Virus record (IMG/VR): IMGVR_UViG_3300015371_000025
Span: 3,405-67,404 of that record
DNA: 64,000 bases
Origin: a virus
Direction: 5' to 3' (one strand)
The notes beneath the pieces are model-generated. The model had not been told where the DNA came from and did not search any database. It saw only the letters and a list, made by a program, of their open reading frames with translations. Each line of letters opens with the position of its first letter. Position 1 is the first letter of the stretch. Positions 1 to 9,034 of the stretch are shown here, piece after piece. Position numbers and translations under genes: made by a program.

Positions 1-2
1 TC

Positions 3-89
3 GCGGGCGTGGATCCGCTCGCGGGCGACGAGTGGGAGGTCGCCCTCCTGCGCGAGCACCACGACTACCCGGAGTACCCGGAGTTCTAG
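3..89 (+). CDS. 3' end of a hypothetical protein (truncated by window edge)
   Basis: Open frame ...EWEVALLREHHDYPEYPEF* with GC3-rich codons. Confidence 0.55.
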   Translation, partial: AGVDPLAGDEWEVALLREHHDYPEYPEF

Positions 90-97
90 GAGACATC

Positions 98-193
98 ATG
101 CGCCTGCCCGCCGTGGCGCCTCTCGATCGGGAGGCGCTCCTGCGCGAGATCCGTCAGTGGACTCGCCGCGCCAACACTCATGACCCCCGCTAG
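98..193 (+). CDS. Small hypothetical protein (31 aa)
   Basis: AGGAG SD before the ATG; MRLPAVAPLDREALLREIRQWTRRANTHDPR*; followed by a terminator. Confidence 0.5.
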   Translation: MRLPAVAPLDREALLREIRQWTRRANTHDPR

Positions 194-211
194 TCGGGGG
201 TCTTTGTGTTT
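182..211 (+). terminator. Intrinsic terminator
   Basis: GACCCCCG-ctagt-CGGGGGTC followed by TTTGTGTTT. Confidence 0.7.
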
Positions 212-391
212 CTGTAGGTAAATTGACACCGCTACACCGTGGGCACTCGAGCCCTGTCTACTAACGCTCGGCGCGCGCCCGCAGGCGGGTAGCTGGCAGG
301 GAATAATAGACACCGCTGTAGGTGAGAATAATGGACACGGCTAGCGCCACGGGTAAATCGACACCATACGTGGGTGTGAGAGTATATGTGC

Positions 392-622
392 ATGGAACGC
401 CTCCTCACCGCCCTCGCAGTCGCAGCCGCCACGATCGCCCTCCTCGCCCTCGCGGGCGGGTTCGTCGGGCTGATGACCTACGCTGCGCGCCATGACGCGG
501 CCATGTACGCGCGCCAGGCGCAGGCGCGGACCGCACATCAGACGGCCGTGGCCGCATGCCTGCGCGCCTCGGACGACTACTCGCAGGCGGGGCTCACCCA
601 CTGCGATCTCACCGCCCGCTAA
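392..622 (+). CDS. Small membrane-anchored/secreted protein
   Basis: Leaderless ATG 6 nt after GAGTAT; hydrophobic N-terminus; stop is the TAA of the next repeat. Confidence 0.75.
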   Translation: MERLLTALAVAAATIALLALAGGFVGLMTYAARHDAAMYARQAQARTAHQTAVAACLRASDDYSQAGLTHCDLTAR

Positions 623-657
623 ATAGACACCTACCTACAGACTGGTAAGATACACCA

Positions 658-960
658 ATGCTCGATTACTCCACTCCCCTGTCGATCGCGCCCGGCGAGG
701 TCGCGCTGATGGAACTTCCGTTCAGCGAGGTGAACATGTGCATGGGCGTCGCTGGACGCGAGATGCGCGTGCGCCTCCTCGTCGGCGAGACGCGTGACGG
801 CCGCCTGACCTACGCTGCGCAGCTACTCCGCGAGGATGGCTCCAACTACTCGGCGCCGATCACGATCGGCGAGGCCGGGATCTTCCAGACGGGCTCGTAC
901 GAGTTCGGCTACCACTTTCACTACTACCCGCCCGCGAGCGAGGTGATCGCCAGCCGCTAG
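658..960 (+). CDS. Hypothetical early protein
   Basis: Starts at the ATG of the repeat at 620; typical codon usage. Confidence 0.8.
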   Translation: MLDYSTPLSIAPGEVALMELPFSEVNMCMGVAGREMRVRLLVGETRDGRLTYAAQLLREDGSNYSAPITIGEAGIFQTGSYEFGYHFHYYPPASEVIASR

Positions 961-981
961 CGGTGACACCATAGGCGCGAG

Positions 982-1011
982 AGAGCCCGCTTCGGCGGGC
1001 TCTTTGTGTTT
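982..1011 (+). terminator. Intrinsic terminator
   Basis: AGAGCCCGC-TTCG-GCGGGCTCT followed by TTGTGTTT. Confidence 0.75.
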
Positions 1012-1214
1012 CTGTAGGTAAATAGACACCGCTGTAGCGGGGCTCGAGTAGCGCTGTCTACTAAGTCGCGTCGCAGGCGCCCGTTGGGCGGGCGAGGGGA
1101 AGTAAATAGACACGGCTGTAGGTAACAATAAATAGACACTGCTATCGCCGAGATAAATAGACAGCATCCTGTGGTGTGAGACTATGTACCTACAGAAACC
1201 GACCGGAGCCCGCC

Positions 1215-1409
1215 ATGACCTACAAGAACCGCTACATCATCGAGTCCTACTCCGAGCCCGACACGCGCGTGATCCGCTACGTGGTCGTCGACTCGATCAC
1301 CGGCCGCGACTTCGACGCGCGTGACTTCGGCTTCGCCCGTGCGGACTTCGCCACGGCTGCGGACGCGCAGGCTTTCCGCGCGAGCATCGTCGCGGACATC
1401 GGCGAGTAA
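1215..1409 (+). CDS. Hypothetical early protein
   Basis: GGAG SD, MTYKNRYIIESY..., stop in the repeat TAA. Confidence 0.75.
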   Translation: MTYKNRYIIESYSEPDTRVIRYVVVDSITGRDFDARDFGFARADFATAADAQAFRASIVADIGE

Positions 1410-1475
1410 ATAGACACTCGCCTCCCACGTAGTACACTGTACCTACAGTCAATCACCGCCCTACAGGAGCACAGC

Positions 1476-1613
1476 ATGACCTTCAAGAGCTTCGCCGACC
1501 TCGCCAACCACATGAGCGCTGCGCAGAACGCGCAGGACGTGGCCGCCGCCAAGCGGCTGCGCAAGGCGCGGTCCCTGCCCGCGCCGAAGGTCGGGCCGAA
1601 GGTGGCCCGATGA
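1476..1613 (+). CDS. Small basic protein (45 aa)
   Basis: AGGAG SD; MTFKSFADLANHMSAAQ...KVAR*; ATGA overlap with the next ORF. Confidence 0.6.
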   Translation: MTFKSFADLANHMSAAQNAQDVAAAKRLRKARSLPAPKVGPKVAR

Positions 1614-1690
1614 CGGCCGCCGAGAGGGACGCACAGCGCGAGCGCGTGCGTCGCAAGCGAGCCCGCAAACTCAACGGAAAGAGGAGCTAA
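1610..1690 (+). CDS. Micro-protein (26 aa, Arg-rich)
   Basis: Translationally coupled (ATGA and TAATG overlaps); MTAAERDAQRERVRRKRARKLNGKRS*. Confidence 0.45.
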   Translation: MTAAERDAQRERVRRKRARKLNGKRS

Positions 1691-1794
1691 TGCTCTACCC
1701 TGTCGTCCGCCCCACGACGAACGCGCCCACGGCGCACCCGGCGGTCAAGCCGCCGATCCGCGTCAAGCGGCGCATCATCCTCCACGTCATCTAG
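1690..1794 (+). CDS. Micro-protein (34 aa)
   Basis: GAGGAG SD plus TAATG overlap; ends just before a hairpin. Confidence 0.45.
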   Translation: MLYPVVRPTTNAPTAHPAVKPPIRVKRRIILHVI

Positions 1795-1800
1795 CAGCGC

Positions 1801-1826
1801 GAGCCCCGGCGAAAGTCGGGGCTCTT
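1801..1826 (+). terminator. Terminator-like hairpin
   Basis: GAGCCCCGGC-GAAA-GTCGGGGCTC-TT. Confidence 0.6.
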
Positions 1827-2052
1827 CGCGTTACGCGACTAAATAGACACCGCTGTGCTTGAGGGTCGACAGCCCTGTCGAATACCACGCGCCGTGCGCG
1901 CCCGCACGCGAGGGGCTCGAGTAAATGGACACGGCTGTAAATAGACACCGCTACAGCGAGGGATAAATAGACACTGCTATCCACCCCGAATAATGGACAC
2001 CGCTAGCGGCCGGGCAAATAGACAGGAGTTGCAGGTGTGAGACTATGTACCT

Positions 2053-2138
2053 ACAGAGAGCGGGGCGGGCGGGTAAGACTCAAAGAGCCCGTGCGTCGCA
2101 CCGCAGCGCAGCGGATAGACCGCGCGCCTCGCCTCTGT
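2053..2138 (+). ncRNA. Candidate small structured RNA (multi-helix junction)
   Basis: Starts at the predicted +1 of promoter 2026; 5' ACAGAG-a-GCGGGGCG pairs with 3' CGCCTCGC-CTCTGT and encloses three hairpins. Confidence 0.5.
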
Positions 2139-2176
2139 AAATAGACACCACGCGCTACAGGAGTAAACTACACCAC

Positions 2177-2335
2177 ATGTTCGTCATCCTCATCACCTTC
2201 GCCGACGCGCCTTCGATGGGCGCCCTGTTCTCCGAGGGCGAGTACACCTTCGGTGAGGCGATCGACCGCGCGTGGGCGTGGAATCGCTCCGGGCAGTTCA
2301 CTGTGGAGATCGTCCCGGCGGACGACGACCGCTAA
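2177..2335 (+). CDS. Hypothetical early protein (52 aa)
   Basis: Repeat-to-repeat cassette; MFVILITFADAPSMG...DDDR*. Confidence 0.7.
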   Translation: MFVILITFADAPSMGALFSEGEYTFGEAIDRAWAWNRSGQFTVEIVPADDDR

Positions 2336-2370
2336 ATAGACACCACACCTACAGAGGGTACACTACAGAC

Positions 2371-2796
2371 ATGGCTTACAAGAGCAAGACGGACTTCAAC
2401 GTCAACCGGATCCACGAGTGGGCGGACATCCTCGACCTCCCGTGGGGCGAGATGCCGGGCGAGCGCTCGGAGGCGATCGACGCCTACAACGACTACTACG
2501 GCGAGCACTCGTTCAGCTCCCGCATGTGGCTGAATCTCTACGAGGTCGGCTACGTGTACTGCGGCCCGGAGGAGGGCGGCTGGGGCATCACGGTGTCCAC
2601 CCCGTTCGCCTGCGTCCCCGTCACCTCGCGAGAGGGCGCGCTGCGGGCGCTCGAGATTCTCGAGGAGGCCGCCCGCGAGGAGTTCGGCGACCAGCGGGAG
2701 TACACCTCCGCCGCCGGTGGCGCGGATGGCACCATCGTCCTCGAGTCGCGCCGGTTCGCGTCCGAGTGGGACGGGACGGTCCCCCACTACGAGTAG
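2371..2796 (+). CDS. Conserved-type phage hypothetical protein (GPEEGGW...PHYE motif)
   Basis: Leaderless ATG of repeat 2333; acidic. Confidence 0.8.
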   Translation: MAYKSKTDFNVNRIHEWADILDLPWGEMPGERSEAIDAYNDYYGEHSFSSRMWLNLYEVGYVYCGPEEGGWGITVSTPFACVPVTSREGALRALEILEEAAREEFGDQREYTSAAGGADGTIVLESRRFASEWDGTVPHYE

Positions 2797-2927
2797 GGGG
2801 ACCGGCGGGGCGGGCTTCGGCCCGCCTTGCCACCCGGTATCTTGACGCCGCTATGGGGCTCCCCTGCCAGCGGTGTCAACTATCCGCAGTAAATCGACAC
2901 GTACCTACAGACTGATAGGATTCACCC

Positions 2928-3224
2928 ATGAGCTTGACGATCATCACCAACAACGTCCCCCGCTTCACGGTCGACGCGTACGAACTGACGCCTGCCGAGC
3001 GGCGCGACTTCGACTATCTCGACTGGGACGCCATCGACCGGGGCGAGAGCGGGGCCACGTTCTTCCGCTACCGTGGCAACCTCTACGATCTCAGCGAGAT
3101 CCTCGCAGCGCCGGGCTCCCTCGCGCCGTGGGAGGGCTACGCCTCCGACAGCTACTTCTCGGGCATCGTCGTGCGCTTCACGAACGACTCCGAGGAGGTC
3201 ATCGTGGGGCGCTACTACTCCTGA
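2928..3224 (+). CDS. Phage hypothetical protein (FFRYRG-YDLSE / SDSYFSG motifs)
   Basis: Leaderless ATG of repeat 2890. Confidence 0.8.
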   Translation: MSLTIITNNVPRFTVDAYELTPAERRDFDYLDWDAIDRGESGATFFRYRGNLYDLSEILAAPGSLAPWEGYASDSYFSGIVVRFTNDSEEVIVGRYYS

Positions 3225-4077
3225 AACGCCCCCGAACGGGTGTCAACTAGCGGTTTACGCGTATCAGGGGGTCCCCGTGGCCCCCTGAACCACCCCCAAT
3301 GTGTGCGGAACGGCCCCTGAATGGGGCCGTTTCTGTAGGTACGTAGCGCGCGGAAGCGGCTAAATAGACAGCGCTGTTGTCCTGTAGGCACAGCCGTGAC
3401 CAATAACCTACAGGTGAGGGCCAGAAAGTAATAGACACCGCTGTAGGTGAAGGGCTCGAGCGGTGTAAACTATCGGTTTACATCTGAGATGCGCGGGGAA
3501 AGTAATGGACACGGCTGTCAGAGGGCGATTCCAGCCCTGTCTAATACCCTCCGGCGGGGGCTCGCGGGGGTGCGGGCGAGGCTAAATTGACACCGCTATC
3601 CCCGTGCTAGAGCCAAATGTGGGTGTGCAACGTGTAGGTAAATAGACACCGCTACAAGTGACAACTCTTAGTTGACACGGCTGTGCTGCGCGACGTAGGG
3701 ACCCGCACACCAGCAAGGGATAATGGACACCGCTGCGAGGGGCCGAGGGTGCGCGAGGCAAATTGACACCGCTGCAAATGGACACGGCTAGCTGCGGTGT
3801 GCGAGTGCGTGTCTATTACCCTAGTAGTAATGGACACTACTATTCGGGGGCGCGAATTGGGTCTCGATTAGTGTGTAGCTAATGGACACGGCCGCAGGAG
3901 GTGCTACTCGCGGGCGCCTATCGGGAGCGGGGCTCGGGCAAATAGACACCGCTGTAAACCAACGGTTGAATCATGTCGAAATTGTGCCCATTTGCAGGGA
4001 AAATAGACACTGCTACCAACGGTTGTCAATCCCTTGCTAAATGGACACCGCTGTAGGTAGGAAACCGGGGGCTCGAA
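3225..4077. promoter_or_regulatory. Non-coding array of AATNGACAC(C/G)GCT boxes without -10 elements, several in inverted pairs (operator/origin/recombination-site candidate)
   Basis: About 14 forward copies (3361, 3429, 3503, 3583, 3639, 3669, 3721, 3760, 3776, 3828, 3880, 3940, 4001, 4038) plus several reverse copies; no ORF with normal codon usage. Confidence 0.75.
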
Positions 4078-4284
4078 TAATCGACAGGAGTCCTAGCTAG
4101 CGTAGTCTACCGGGTGTCAGCAAGACAGAGAGCACGGGCGCCGGTCGACGGGGCGCCGAGCGAGTAAATAGACACCACACTCCTACAGAGTAAAGTACAG
4201 GGTGCAGCGCAGGACACCGGCCCGGATCACGCGGGACGGGGCGAGTAAATAGACACCGATCACCTACAGCGTAGAATGGACACC

Positions 4285-4575
4285 ATGATGAACACTCCCA
4301 TTGAGGTCGAGCGCAGGAAGAGCAAGCAGGGTGCAGAGGCGGCTGCGCGGCGCGCGAACGCGTCGGCGTTCCCCGGACAGCGCTACTCGGTCGAGCGCAT
4401 CGCGACGCGCGACTGGGCCGTGGTCCTGTTCGATGGCGGCGCGGCCGACAATCGGTCGAGCATCACGCACAGCCTGCCCGTGCGCGCCGAGCGGCTGCGC
4501 GAGCGTGACTTCTCGGCGCTCGGCGGGAAGCGTCAGCATCACCGTGCGAGCACGGTCTACCGGACCATCGGCTAA
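4285..4575 (+). CDS. Hypothetical early protein
   Basis: Cassette between repeats 4246 and 4573. Confidence 0.75.
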   Translation: MMNTPIEVERRKSKQGAEAAARRANASAFPGQRYSVERIATRDWAVVLFDGGAADNRSSITHSLPVRAERLRERDFSALGGKRQHHRASTVYRTIG

Positions 4576-4611
4576 ATAGACACGAACCTACAGACTGGTA
4601 AAGTACACACC

Positions 4612-5076
4612 ATGAGCTACCTCAACGACTCCATCAGCGCGGTCGAGACCGCCGAATACGCCACCCGTGGGCTCGGCCCGTTCGATACGGCCGACCATGA
4701 TCCGGCCGAGCTTATCGCTCTGGCGGGCTACTACATCCGCCGCGAGGCGTTCGCTGAGCGCGTCGCTGAGGTGCTCGACGGGCTCGACTACATCCCCGGC
4801 GAGTACCGCGATCGGTTCGTCGATGGCGGCATGGTGCCCGGCGAGTACGCCATCCATCGCGGGAACGCACAGCCCGACTACGCACAGCCGCACAGCCTGC
4901 GCCTGCGGGTGAATTCCCTGCACGTGACCGTTCAGGCGCTCGATGGCGACCGTAGCCGCGTCGTGGCCGCACTCATCGGCGCCGGTGTGGTCTCCGGCTG
5001 GGACGGCGACGAGACCGCGCCGGACGGCTTCACCGAAGCATTCTCGGATCACGGCTGGATCTCGGTCCGCCGCTAA
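4612..5076 (+). CDS. Hypothetical early protein
   Basis: Cassette between repeats 4573 and 5074. Confidence 0.82.
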   Translation: MSYLNDSISAVETAEYATRGLGPFDTADHDPAELIALAGYYIRREAFAERVAEVLDGLDYIPGEYRDRFVDGGMVPGEYAIHRGNAQPDYAQPHSLRLRVNSLHVTVQALDGDRSRVVAALIGAGVVSGWDGDETAPDGFTEAFSDHGWISVRR

Positions 5077-5111
5077 ATAGACACTCAACTACAGAGAGGT
5101 AGACTACTCCC

Positions 5112-5387
5112 ATGCCCACCGTTCAGAACCTTCCCGCCGCCGACGTTCAGGTGCAATTCCCGTCCGGCGAGGTCAAGACCATCTTCCTGCTCCGCCTGCT
5201 CGGCATCGTCCAGCACGCCGAGATGATGGCCCGATTCGGCCACGGCATCGCCCGCAACGCGCCGACGCTGCGCGAGGTGCGCGAGGAGCTTGAGATCCCC
5301 GCGAGCGTGTGCCGCACGTGGGCACAGGCTGCGCCGATGCTGCGCGAGTTCTACAACGATCTCACGGCGCACCTGCGCGACGCGTAA
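5112..5387 (+). CDS. Hypothetical early protein
   Basis: Cassette between repeats 5074 and 5385. Confidence 0.82.
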   Translation: MPTVQNLPAADVQVQFPSGEVKTIFLLRLLGIVQHAEMMARFGHGIARNAPTLREVREELEIPASVCRTWAQAAPMLREFYNDLTAHLRDA

Positions 5388-5422
5388 ATAGACACGAACC
5401 TACAGAGAGGTACACTACTTCC

Positions 5423-5668
5423 ATGAGCGAGCATCTCCCCACTTCCACCCTACAGCGCGCTGCGTTCGCACTCAACGCGGGCATCGCCCGCATGCAGGAC
5501 CGAATCGCTGACGCGGCGCCCAACTCGGCCGACGACGTGATGCGCGAGCACTTCCTCGCCGAGATCCGGCGCGACCGTGCGGCGCGCGACGACCTGTCGC
5601 GCATCCTGCGCGAGCGGGAGGCGGCCGAGCGGGACGCCATCCGTCACGGCTGCTACGGCAACGGCTAA
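5423..5668 (+). CDS. Hypothetical early protein (helical/coiled-coil)
   Basis: Cassette between repeats 5385 and 5666. Confidence 0.8.
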   Translation: MSEHLPTSTLQRAAFALNAGIARMQDRIADAAPNSADDVMREHFLAEIRRDRAARDDLSRILREREAAERDAIRHGCYGNG

Positions 5669-5703
5669 ATAGACACCATCTCCTACAGGGGTACACTACT
5701 TCC

Positions 5704-5919
5704 ATGACGCACACCGATCACATCTCCGCGCCGCGCTTCTCGTCCGGCGACTATCTCGGCCACTACCCCTGCACCATCGTGCGCGCCCTTCCCACGGGCG
5801 ACTCCAATCCGGGCTACCTCGTCCGATTCGAGGACGGGCACGAGGCGGGCGCCTTCCGGCGCGAGCTTCGGGCCACCATGCACGGCTGGTCGACCATCGA
5901 CGCGGCCGACGCGGCGTAA
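5704..5919 (+). CDS. Hypothetical early protein
   Basis: Cassette between repeats 5666 and 5917. Confidence 0.8.
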   Translation: MTHTDHISAPRFSSGDYLGHYPCTIVRALPTGDSNPGYLVRFEDGHEAGAFRRELRATMHGWSTIDAADAA

Positions 5920-5954
5920 ATAGACACTCACCTACAGCGAGGTAAGATACTCCC

Positions 5955-6287
5955 ATGCACATCACAGAGGACACCGTAGTCACCATCGCCGAGCGGGCCG
6001 ACTCCGACCGCGAGCACAGGATCTTCGCAGTCACGATCGAGACCCCGTTCACGATCGAGATGCAGCGGTGCCCGACCTTCATCTATCCCGGCGACCCCGA
6101 CCATCCGGGCGGCGACGTTGGCATGGTCGAGGCGTCCTACCGTTCGTGGGGTGTCTGGGATGCCCGCGTGGCCGACTGGGCTCGCGTCTCGGCCGGATGG
6201 CAGGACGCGTCGCACTTCGGCTCGCGCGGCGAGGCGGAGGCGTGGCTGCGCGACAATCTCGCGGACCTGCTCGCCTATAAACACTAA
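5955..6287 (+). CDS. Hypothetical early protein
   Basis: Cassette; reads into a degenerate repeat (TATAAACACTAA). Confidence 0.8.
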   Translation: MHITEDTVVTIAERADSDREHRIFAVTIETPFTIEMQRCPTFIYPGDPDHPGGDVGMVEASYRSWGVWDARVADWARVSAGWQDASHFGSRGEAEAWLRDNLADLLAYKH

Positions 6288-6311
6288 CCTACAGCGAGGT
6301 ACACTACTCCC

Positions 6312-6530
6312 ATGAGCAATCCCAAGCGACCCTATCGCGGCATGCGCGGCGACTACGTACTTGAGCAGGAGTACAACGGCGTCTGGATCGTCGCTTCCGG
6401 CGGATCCGAGGATCGCTGCAAGCAGGACGCGCGCCGCTATACGAACGGTCTCGCGCTCGGGCGCGGGCTGCGCATCACGCCGAACCGGCCCGGCGACCCC
6501 GTGGCTGAGGGCTCCTACCGGCCCGCGTAA
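6312..6530 (+). CDS. Hypothetical early protein
   Basis: Cassette between repeats 6276 and 6528. Confidence 0.8.
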   Translation: MSNPKRPYRGMRGDYVLEQEYNGVWIVASGGSEDRCKQDARRYTNGLALGRGLRITPNRPGDPVAEGSYRPA

Positions 6531-6566
6531 ATAGACACTCACCTACAGCGAGGTAAGATACTTCAC

Positions 6567-6803
6567 ATGATCCACGTCAACGTCCGATCTAACCCGAGCG
6601 AGCACGCTCACCCCGCCGAGTGCATCGTGGAAACGTCCACGGACGGCGCCGGATGGCGGACGCAGTACGTCGTGAGCTACACCATCGGCGACCACGGTGG
6701 GCGCCCGCGACAGGAGGCGGAGCACATCGCCCGCGTGATGGGCGTCGCTTGGACCTACGCCGGTGTCCCGTGGCGCGGAACGTCGCACGGGTACGCGCTC
6801 TAA
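6567..6803 (+). CDS. Hypothetical early protein
   Basis: Cassette between repeats 6528 and 6801. Confidence 0.8.
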   Translation: MIHVNVRSNPSEHAHPAECIVETSTDGAGWRTQYVVSYTIGDHGGRPRQEAEHIARVMGVAWTYAGVPWRGTSHGYAL

Positions 6804-6838
6804 ATAGACACTGACCTACAGCGAGGTACACTACTCCC

Positions 6839-7186
6839 ATGAACGCAACGACTCCCATCCCCTTCGCTCACCCGCTGAGCGCCGATCATCTCGATGCCCG
6901 CTACAGCGTGGACGGTTGGGGCCGCATCGCGGTCTACATCGTCGGCTGGACGACCGAAGAGGTCTACGAGGGTGACTACCTCATCTGCCCGGACGATGAC
7001 TGCGACCACACCGCGAGCGAGATGTGCTGGATCGAGGGCGATACCTCGCTCATCGACGGCGAGATGCTCCGTGTCGTGATGGTCGGCGACGACCGCGAGC
7101 ACATCGTCGACCCCGAGGATCTCGTCCGGCTGGACGAGGACGAATACTGCGGGTGCTGCGGGCAGCTTGGCTGCCCGTGGGGATAA
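6839..7186 (+). CDS. Hypothetical protein with C-terminal Cys cluster (CGCCGQLGC)
   Basis: Cassette; VGDDREHIVD motif; acidic. Confidence 0.82.
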   Translation: MNATTPIPFAHPLSADHLDARYSVDGWGRIAVYIVGWTTEEVYEGDYLICPDDDCDHTASEMCWIEGDTSLIDGEMLRVVMVGDDREHIVDPEDLVRLDEDEYCGCCGQLGCPWG

Positions 7187-7220
7187 TAGACACGAACCTA
7201 CAGAGAGGTACACTTCTCCC

Positions 7221-7679
7221 ATGCCGCGAATCACTCTCATCAAGTCGAACGCCGGTCGCGCCGGTCAGCGTAGCTACTGGGGCGACATCCTTGGCACGAC
7301 CATTACCCGCAACTTCCGCCACGACATCGAGTCGGCCGTCGAGTCGGAGCACTCCTGCGACGACACCGCCTGCGACATCGGCGCCGCGCTGCGCGAAGGC
7401 TATTCGTACTTCGCTGCTCACATGCTGATGTCGGCGACCGACGAGCTTCCGACCCTGTACGCCGTGCTCGACGCGCACCGCTTCAACGGCACGATCCCGG
7501 CTGACTTCGGGACGCACCTGTACGACAACGCCGATTGGGAGGGATGGAAGGCGTACTTTGACGCCAACTCCGTCGAGTGCCCCGGCTGCGGCGCATTCTG
7601 CTTCCCCGGCGACTACGACGACACCTGCTCCAACTGCCTCACCGCGCTCCCGTCGCGCAGCGACGACGACGACGAGTAA
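7221..7679 (+). CDS. Hypothetical protein with C-terminal Zn-ribbon (CPGC...CSNC)
   Basis: Cassette between repeats 7184 and 7677. Confidence 0.82.
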   Translation: MPRITLIKSNAGRAGQRSYWGDILGTTITRNFRHDIESAVESEHSCDDTACDIGAALREGYSYFAAHMLMSATDELPTLYAVLDAHRFNGTIPADFGTHLYDNADWEGWKAYFDANSVECPGCGAFCFPGDYDDTCSNCLTALPSRSDDDDE

Positions 7680-7714
7680 ATAGACACGAACCTACAGAGA
7701 GGTACACTTCCATC

Positions 7715-7921
7715 ATGACGAACGCACAGACTCCCATCCGCCGCACGCTCGGCGACCTGAGCGTGGCCGAGCTTCTCGACCGCGCGCTCAGCGAGACTCT
7801 CGATCTCGGCAACCGCTTCGATCGCGTGGCGATGAGCCCCGACGACCGACTCCTGTTCAATGCCTACATCGGCTCGATCGGCGCTAGCCTCAGCGTCGCG
7901 CAGGACAAGATCGGCCGGTAA
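7715..7921 (+). CDS. Hypothetical early protein
   Basis: Cassette between repeats 7677 and 7919. Confidence 0.78.
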   Translation: MTNAQTPIRRTLGDLSVAELLDRALSETLDLGNRFDRVAMSPDDRLLFNAYIGSIGASLSVAQDKIGR

Positions 7922-7956
7922 ATAGACACACTCCTACAGAGAGGTAAGATACTCCC

Positions 7957-8460
7957 ATGATCGAGACCGACTACTACACCCCCGAGGGCCACTACCTCGC
8001 CCGGCCGCTGCTCCTGCCGGACGTGCGCAACTTCTCCGACCTGCTCACCTACGAGCGCGAATGGAACTTCGACACGATGTCGGCCCGCAGCGGCAAGATC
8101 GCTCGGCCGGATCTCGTCCCCGAGCCCCGCTACATCGGACACGGCGAGCGCAACGACATCTGCGACCGCATCATGGCGATCGGCGGATTCGGCACGGACC
8201 CGCAGGCGCGGAACGAGATCGGCCCGTACTGCTCGGTCAAGCTGCTCGGCTCGCGGCGGAGCATCGCGGTCACGGCGACCGATCTCGTCATCGAGACCGT
8301 GGCCCCGCGCATCGTGACGGCCGACGATCACCTCAGTTTCGAGATCATCGAGCACGCCGACCGCGACCGGGCGCTTGTCATCCTGAGCCACGGCCACATC
8401 ATCGGCTCGCACTGGCTCGCGTACATCGACCCCGCCACCATCCCGGCGCCGGTCGAGTAA
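7957..8460 (+). CDS. Hypothetical early protein
   Basis: Cassette between repeats 7919 and 8458. Confidence 0.82.
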   Translation: MIETDYYTPEGHYLARPLLLPDVRNFSDLLTYEREWNFDTMSARSGKIARPDLVPEPRYIGHGERNDICDRIMAIGGFGTDPQARNEIGPYCSVKLLGSRRSIAVTATDLVIETVAPRIVTADDHLSFEIIEHADRDRALVILSHGHIIGSHWLAYIDPATIPAPVE

Positions 8461-8497
8461 ATAGACACCACCCCTACAGAGAGGTAAACTACTTCCT

Positions 8498-9034
8498 ATG
8501 CGCACCACAGAACGAATCATCGCGAAGGTCGGTCAGCCCGGTGGCGGCCGATGGGAGCTTGTCGACGGCGACGGTATGGGCGGGTTCATGGATCCGCCCG
8601 GCGCGCTCACGCACACGCTGTACGTCCGCGAGTGGCGTGGCTCGCGCAGCGAGTGCTACGAGACCGCAATGGCGATCGACTCTGCGCTCAGCGAGAGCTA
8701 CGTCCCGGCCGTGATCAAGCGGGCCATCCGGCGCGAGCTTGCGAAGGCCGAGCCGCCCGTGGCCGACGAGGCGTGGATCGAGCGCACTTACGCCTACTAC
8801 AAGAACTGCTACAGCCCGGACGGCATCGACCGCAACGTGAGCCATTGCCTGATCGTGGCGCCGACCCCGGACGGCTTCGGCTACGTCGTCGGCACCTTCG
8901 GCCGCGACGGCTGGATGGAGAACCGGCCGAGCCCCGAAACGCACCTCGCGGTGCTCGCCATCCGCAAGCACTTCCCCGACCACGAGCCCCGCGTGGATCT
9001 CATCGAGACCCCGCCTGTCTGGGGGCGCAAGTGA
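8498..9034 (+). CDS. Hypothetical early protein
   Basis: Leaderless ATG of repeat 8458. Confidence 0.82.
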   Translation: MRTTERIIAKVGQPGGGRWELVDGDGMGGFMDPPGALTHTLYVREWRGSRSECYETAMAIDSALSESYVPAVIKRAIRRELAKAEPPVADEAWIERTYAYYKNCYSPDGIDRNVSHCLIVAPTPDGFGYVVGTFGRDGWMENRPSPETHLAVLAIRKHFPDHEPRVDLIETPPVWGRK

